Position numbers and translations under genes: made by a program
Part shown: positions 59,916 through 64,000 of the stretch, in pieces
Layout: every line of letters begins with the position of its first letter
How positions within the stretch are numbered: position 1 is the stretch's first letter
Notes under the pieces: model-generated
Databases searched by the model: none
What the model was told of the DNA's origin: nothing
The model's input: the letters and a program-made list of their open reading frames with translations, nothing else
NCBI GenBank assembly: GCA_003568415.1
Contig: PWXV01000009.1
Coordinates: forward strand, 7,042-71,041
Source of the DNA: Ignavibacteriales bacterium
GTDB taxonomy: Bacteria > Bacteroidota > Ignavibacteria > T3Sed10-11
Direction: 5' to 3'
DNA: 64,000 nt

Positions 59916-61414
59916 AACAGGAAATTACTTCTCTGCTTATCGCAAATCGTGGTGAGATTGCGGTGCGAATTATCCGAGCTTGCCAGGAATTAGGTATTCG
60001 CTCGGTCGTTGTTTTCTCCGATATAGACCGAACATCACCACATGTATTGTATGCCGATGAAGCCTATCACATCGGGCCAGCACCGTCAGCACAAAGTTAC
60101 CTCGTCGGGGATAAACTCATAGAGATTGCAAAAAAAGCCAACGTTGAAGCAATTCATCCCGGTTACGGATTTTTATCCGAGAATCCAACTTTTGCCCGAA
60201 AGGTTATAGAAGCAGGTTTAATTTTTATCGGTCCTCCTGCATCAGCAATCGAAAAGATGGGTGACAAAACAACCGCACGAAAGATCATGGAAGAGGCCGG
60301 TGTTCCGATTGTTGCCGGAACGGTCAAACCATTAGCAAGTGTATCCGAAGCTCACAAAATTTCGGAGGAGATAGGTTTTCCGGTCTTGGTGAAAGCTGCA
60401 GGTGGTGGCGGCGGAAAAGGAATGCGCATTGTAGAATCAAGTCAGGATTTACAGGGTGCATTCAAATCTGCTCAAAACGAGGCACGGTCGGCATTCGACG
60501 ATGACCGTATATATATCGAAAAATTCGTTCAATCGCCCAAGCATATTGAAATTCAGGTACTTGCAGATTCACACGGTAACTATGTACACCTGGGAGAACG
60601 TGAATGTTCGATACAGAGACGCCATCAAAAGATTATTGAAGAAGCACCCTCACTCGCAATCGACGATACTATTCGTGATGGAATGGGCAAAGCCGCTGTA
60701 AAAGCCGCGCAAGCGTGTAATTATGTGAATGCCGGTACCATCGAGTTTTTATTCGATGGGGAAAAAAACTTTTATTTTCTCGAAATGAATACCCGTGTTC
60801 AGGTAGAACATCCCGTGACGGAACTGATCACAGGCATCGATATTGTGAAAGAACAAATAGCGATTGCATCAGGCAAACCGCTATCATTTTCACAAAACGA
60901 TATACAGCGAAACGGCCATGCGATCGAGTGCCGGATATATGCAGAAGACCCCCTGAATAATTTCCTGCCCTCAATAGGAACGGTGGAACGTTTGCAGGGG
61001 CCGTCGGGACCCGGTATTCGTGAAGACCGGGGAATACAACAGGGCAATGAGATATCTGTACATTATGATCCGATGGTATCGAAATTACTTGCCTGGGGCC
61101 GGACCCGTGAAGAAGCTTTGCGCCGAATGGATCGCGCGCTCCATGAATATCTCATCCAGGGCGTTATTACAAATATTCCTGCCTGTATTCATATTCTTCG
61201 CCATCCACGATTTATTGATGGAAGTTACACAACACATTTTATGAGCGAACATTTCGATCCGGAAGTGCTCCGCACACCAAACAATGATGAACAAACTGCA
61301 GTTGCAATTGCAGCGGCTACAATGGTGCATCGACAGAAAAAACAACCCATTGTTACAGCAAGTCAACCGGGACAAATTAACAAATGGAAATATCAAGAAC
61401 GTACACGCGATTAA
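59912..61414 (+). CDS. accC: biotin carboxylase subunit of an acyl-CoA carboxylase
   Basis: 500 aa. Contains LLIANRGEIAVRIIRA, KAAGGGGGKGMR and EMNTRVQVEHPVTE. ATGA overlap with mutS2. Confidence 0.9.
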   Translation: MKQEITSLLIANRGEIAVRIIRACQELGIRSVVVFSDIDRTSPHVLYADEAYHIGPAPSAQSYLVGDKLIEIAKKANVEAIHPGYGFLSENPTFARKVIEAGLIFIGPPASAIEKMGDKTTARKIMEEAGVPIVAGTVKPLASVSEAHKISEEIGFPVLVKAAGGGGGKGMRIVESSQDLQGAFKSAQNEARSAFDDDRIYIEKFVQSPKHIEIQVLADSHGNYVHLGERECSIQRRHQKIIEEAPSLAIDDTIRDGMGKAAVKAAQACNYVNAGTIEFLFDGEKNFYFLEMNTRVQVEHPVTELITGIDIVKEQIAIASGKPLSFSQNDIQRNGHAIECRIYAEDPLNNFLPSIGTVERLQGPSGPGIREDRGIQQGNEISVHYDPMVSKLLAWGRTREEALRRMDRALHEYLIQGVITNIPACIHILRHPRFIDGSYTTHFMSEHFDPEVLRTPNNDEQTAVAIAAATMVHRQKKQPIVTASQPGQINKWKYQERTRD

Positions 61415-61418
61415 TCAA

Positions 61419-61934
61419 ATGACCGGTACAACTACCTATACCATACAAATAAACGGTACTGAGATTGATGTTCAAATCAACCGTAATAATGAAATAATTG
61501 TGCAGGGGAAACCCGGTTATACGATAGATCTAATTGAGATAGACAAAAACCGTTATTCTCTTTTAATTAATGGCAGATCACATAGTCTTACCCTTGAACG
61601 TAAAGGGAATGGCTCGTTTATAGTCAGCATTAACGGTAAAGAGTATCATTGCACCGTTGAAGATGAACGAAGTAAACGGCTTCGTGATTTTATTGCCGAT
61701 ACAGCAGGGACCGATGGTCCGATAGAAATGACCGCACCAATGCCCGGTATGGTTACCGATATATCCGTTGCTGAAGGGGAGACGGTACAGGAAAACCAAC
61801 CGCTCGTAGTTCTCGAAGCCATGAAAATGGAGAATGAGATTCGATCGATAGTACATGGGACGGTTCAATCAATTCATATTAAAACCGGTCAAGCAGTAGA
61901 AAAGGGTCAAAAATTAATTACCATAACATCTTAA
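61419..61934 (+). CDS. biotin carboxyl carrier (biotinyl/lipoyl domain) protein
   Basis: 171 aa from the ATG at 61419, 4 nt after the accC stop. The EAMKMENEI biotinyl-lysine motif is present. The longer track ORF (61284) overlaps accC. Confidence 0.8.
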   Translation: MTGTTTYTIQINGTEIDVQINRNNEIIVQGKPGYTIDLIEIDKNRYSLLINGRSHSLTLERKGNGSFIVSINGKEYHCTVEDERSKRLRDFIADTAGTDGPIEMTAPMPGMVTDISVAEGETVQENQPLVVLEAMKMENEIRSIVHGTVQSIHIKTGQAVEKGQKLITITS

Positions 61935-62032
61935 TATTATTGTTTTTTAACAAAAATTGTCGTAAAATTTATGTTATCACTTAATTTTCAACATTCAGCA
62001 ATAAAATCCACTCATATTAAAGGGAGGTAGAT

Positions 62033-63274
62033 TTGAAAACCTTTCGATCAACTATAATCACTTTACTGAGCCTTTTGATCATTACCCTGCCTGCAATACC
62101 AGGTGGCTTTCAGGTAAATGAACATGGTGCTCGCGGTACAGCTATGGCAGGTGCAATATTTGCTACCCTGAATGATGCATCTGCAATATATTTTAATCCG
62201 GGCGCGTTAGGATATATCGACGGTACAAGCATTGTTTTTGGTTCGACATTGATATTTCCGGATGCAAAGTTCCGCGGACCGGCTCCTTCAGTTGACGAAA
62301 CATCAATTGAACGGGGTGTTTTCTATCCATCTGCACTCTATGCTTCGCATACGCTGCCGAGTCGACTCTCATTTGGAATAGGTGTTTTTAATCCATACGG
62401 TCTCGGTACCGAGTGGCCATCTGATTGGGTAGGCAGGTTCGTGGGAATACAAAGTACGCTGCAAACTTTTTCCATCAATCCTACTGTTGCCTATCAAATT
62501 AATGATTACATCGGCGTTGGTGCCGGTTTGAACTATGTTATCGGTAGGGTAGAGTTAACCCAGGCACTGTCTTTTGCACCTTTTGCCGGGGAAGGTACAG
62601 CCACACTTTCCGGATCCGGAACGGGTTATGGGTGGAATTTGGGCGTTTATTTGACACCCGATCCAAATGTCACCATCGGTCTGGCGTATCGTAGCAGCGC
62701 CGAGGTCGATCTCGATGGTGATGCAGAATATGACAATGTCCCGGTTATATTAACCGATGCACTGCCCGGTGAGGACGTCAGCACGTCGGTGAAATTACCG
62801 GCCAATTTACATGCCGGTATTGCATTTAAAGGTATAGAGAATTTTATAATAAGCTTCGGCTATCAGTATATATTCTGGGAAGCTGTTGAACGAATTCAAA
62901 TAGAATTTGATGACGGAGCAGCAACCCAGGAGCTTGTATTTAATTATTCCGACGGTTATATTGTGCGGTTTGGTTTGGAATATCTGATGAACGATGATAT
63001 CGCGCTCAGGGCAGGATATCTATTCGATTCTAATCCTACACCCGATGAGTATTTAACCCCCCGGCTACCCGACTCTGACCGGCACGGTTTCACTATAGGT
63101 GCGGGATATGATTTTACGAGTTCATTCGGTGTGGATATCGGTTATATGTTTCTGCGATTTGTAGAACGAACCATTGAAAACTCTGAGATTGAATTTGCAC
63201 CGGGTGCTCCGCTGAACGGACGCTACAATTCATCAGCAAATCTGCTTTCATTAAATTTCCGTTTCAATCTCTAA
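62033..63274 (+). CDS. outer-membrane transport protein, FadL/OmpP1/TodX family
   Basis: 413 aa. GGGAGG upstream of the TTG start, signal peptide, the hatch motif GGFQVNEHGARGTAMAGA...NPGAL, and a terminal ...NFRFNL. Confidence 0.8.
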   Translation: MKTFRSTIITLLSLLIITLPAIPGGFQVNEHGARGTAMAGAIFATLNDASAIYFNPGALGYIDGTSIVFGSTLIFPDAKFRGPAPSVDETSIERGVFYPSALYASHTLPSRLSFGIGVFNPYGLGTEWPSDWVGRFVGIQSTLQTFSINPTVAYQINDYIGVGAGLNYVIGRVELTQALSFAPFAGEGTATLSGSGTGYGWNLGVYLTPDPNVTIGLAYRSSAEVDLDGDAEYDNVPVILTDALPGEDVSTSVKLPANLHAGIAFKGIENFIISFGYQYIFWEAVERIQIEFDDGAATQELVFNYSDGYIVRFGLEYLMNDDIALRAGYLFDSNPTPDEYLTPRLPDSDRHGFTIGAGYDFTSSFGVDIGYMFLRFVERTIENSEIEFAPGAPLNGRYNSSANLLSLNFRFNL

Positions 63275-63310
63275 ATGAATTTGAAATTACTATACAAAGA
63301 GGATGCTACG

Positions 63311-64000
63311 ATGATTAATTTTAAGAAACTAACAGGCAGCGTACTTATCTTACTTCTCGCCTTCATTGGCTGCGAAGATTATAGTGAGCTGGACCCGCCA
63401 TCACTTGATCCTGGTGAACTTGATACTTCATCCTATGTTGCAATTGGTAACAGTTTGACAGCAGGTTTAAAAAATAACGCCTTGTATGAAACTGGACAAC
63501 AATACAGCTATCCCGCGCTTCTTGCCGAACAAATGATGATCGAAGAATTCGAACAGCCTATATTTGAAAACCCGGGTCTACCGGGAAGAATGCGTGTTGC
63601 AAACCTCGACCCATTTACAATCGTGACAGATCCACCAAATATAAGTCTCCCGGTTAATGCGCAACTCGAACGCCCGTTTAATAATCTTGGAATTCCCGGA
63701 TCGATACTATTTGATGTGGTTGACGAACAAGATTTTACCGTGAAGTCCGAACAAAGGGAAAATCCGTTTTTTGCTTTTATATTACGGGATCAAATGTTTG
63801 GCCAATCGATTCTTGCTCAGGCTTTAAATTTACAACCAACATTACTTACATTGTGGACAGGCAACAGCGATATACTTGGATATGTCGCCAGTGGTGGAAC
63901 GCAAATGGTTCCGACAGCCCAAAACACCAATTTATTTGCTGCAATTTATTCAGAAATTGCCGGTGTACTATCACAGGCAAACGTACCCGTAGTTATTGCG
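63311..64000 (+). CDS. SGNH/GDSL-family hydrolase lipoprotein, 3'-truncated by window edge
   Basis: Absent from the ORF track because it has no stop in the window. My translation is open from the ATG at 63311 to the window end: MINFKKLTGSVLILLLAFIGC (lipobox)...SYVAIGNSLTAG (block I GDS-like)...WTGNSDILGY. Confidence 0.65.
   Translation, partial: MINFKKLTGSVLILLLAFIGCEDYSELDPPSLDPGELDTSSYVAIGNSLTAGLKNNALYETGQQYSYPALLAEQMMIEEFEQPIFENPGLPGRMRVANLDPFTIVTDPPNISLPVNAQLERPFNNLGIPGSILFDVVDEQDFTVKSEQRENPFFAFILRDQMFGQSILAQALNLQPTLLTLWTGNSDILGYVASGGTQMVPTAQNTNLFAAIYSEIAGVLSQANVPVVIA

Noticed and set aside
61284-61418. N-terminal extension of the BCCP ORF given in the track (start 61284)
   Set aside because: The extension overlaps the 3' end of accC in another frame. 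The ATG at 61419, 4 nt after the accC stop, gives a normal-sized carrier protein.

Overview
Gene-dense chromosomal segment with roughly 60 protein genes. Many are separated by 1-16 nt or joined by ATGA-type overlaps. I recognised no rRNA, tRNA, CRISPR array, transposase, integrase or prophage gene. The host looks like a diderm of the FCB (Fibrobacteres-Chlorobi-Bacteroidetes) superphylum but outside classical Bacteroidia. The evidence is an S8 protease with a type IX secretion (T9SS) C-terminal sorting domain, a glutaminyl-cyclase-like M28 lipoprotein, a glgA/DUF4270-like neighbourhood and a folP-cdaA pair. In contrast to Bacteroidia, most genes have strong Shine-Dalgarno sites (AGGAGG/GGGAGG) and several TTGAC-17-TATNNT sigma70-like promoters are visible. 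Most content is housekeeping: treY (5' partial)-malQ, glgA, glyA, rpiB, tatC, ispB, secA, glnB, ackA, hbd, iscR-iscS, sod, folP, cdaA, pcm, miaA, mutS2, accC plus a BCCP (biotin carboxyl carrier protein) gene, and exbB-exbD-exbD. The regions most worth a second look are listed here. (1) 3.7-8.2 kb holds a serine-palmitoyltransferase-like alpha-oxoamine synthase, an uncharacterised two-lobed GNAT acyltransferase and a divergent extended-SDR reductase, followed by ilvE. This is a candidate clustered ceramide/sphingolipid-like (or sulfonolipid-like) lipid pathway. (2) 40.7-41.6 kb holds two strongly SD-led secreted Cys-rich proteins with no recognisable family, one built from 45-bp tandem repeats. 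(3) 49.9-53.7 kb holds a putative TonB-dependent metal acquisition module: HMA lipoprotein, His/Cys-rich small protein, TonB-dependent receptor and a lipoprotein with HGDHxH motifs. (4) 21.5-23.2 kb holds tandem DUF4097-like beta-helix paralogues behind a 320-nt leader. (5) 35.6-35.9 kb holds an unannotated zinc-ribbon plus Lys/Arg-rich mini-protein pair. All functional calls rest on reading conserved motifs in the translations. No database search was possible.
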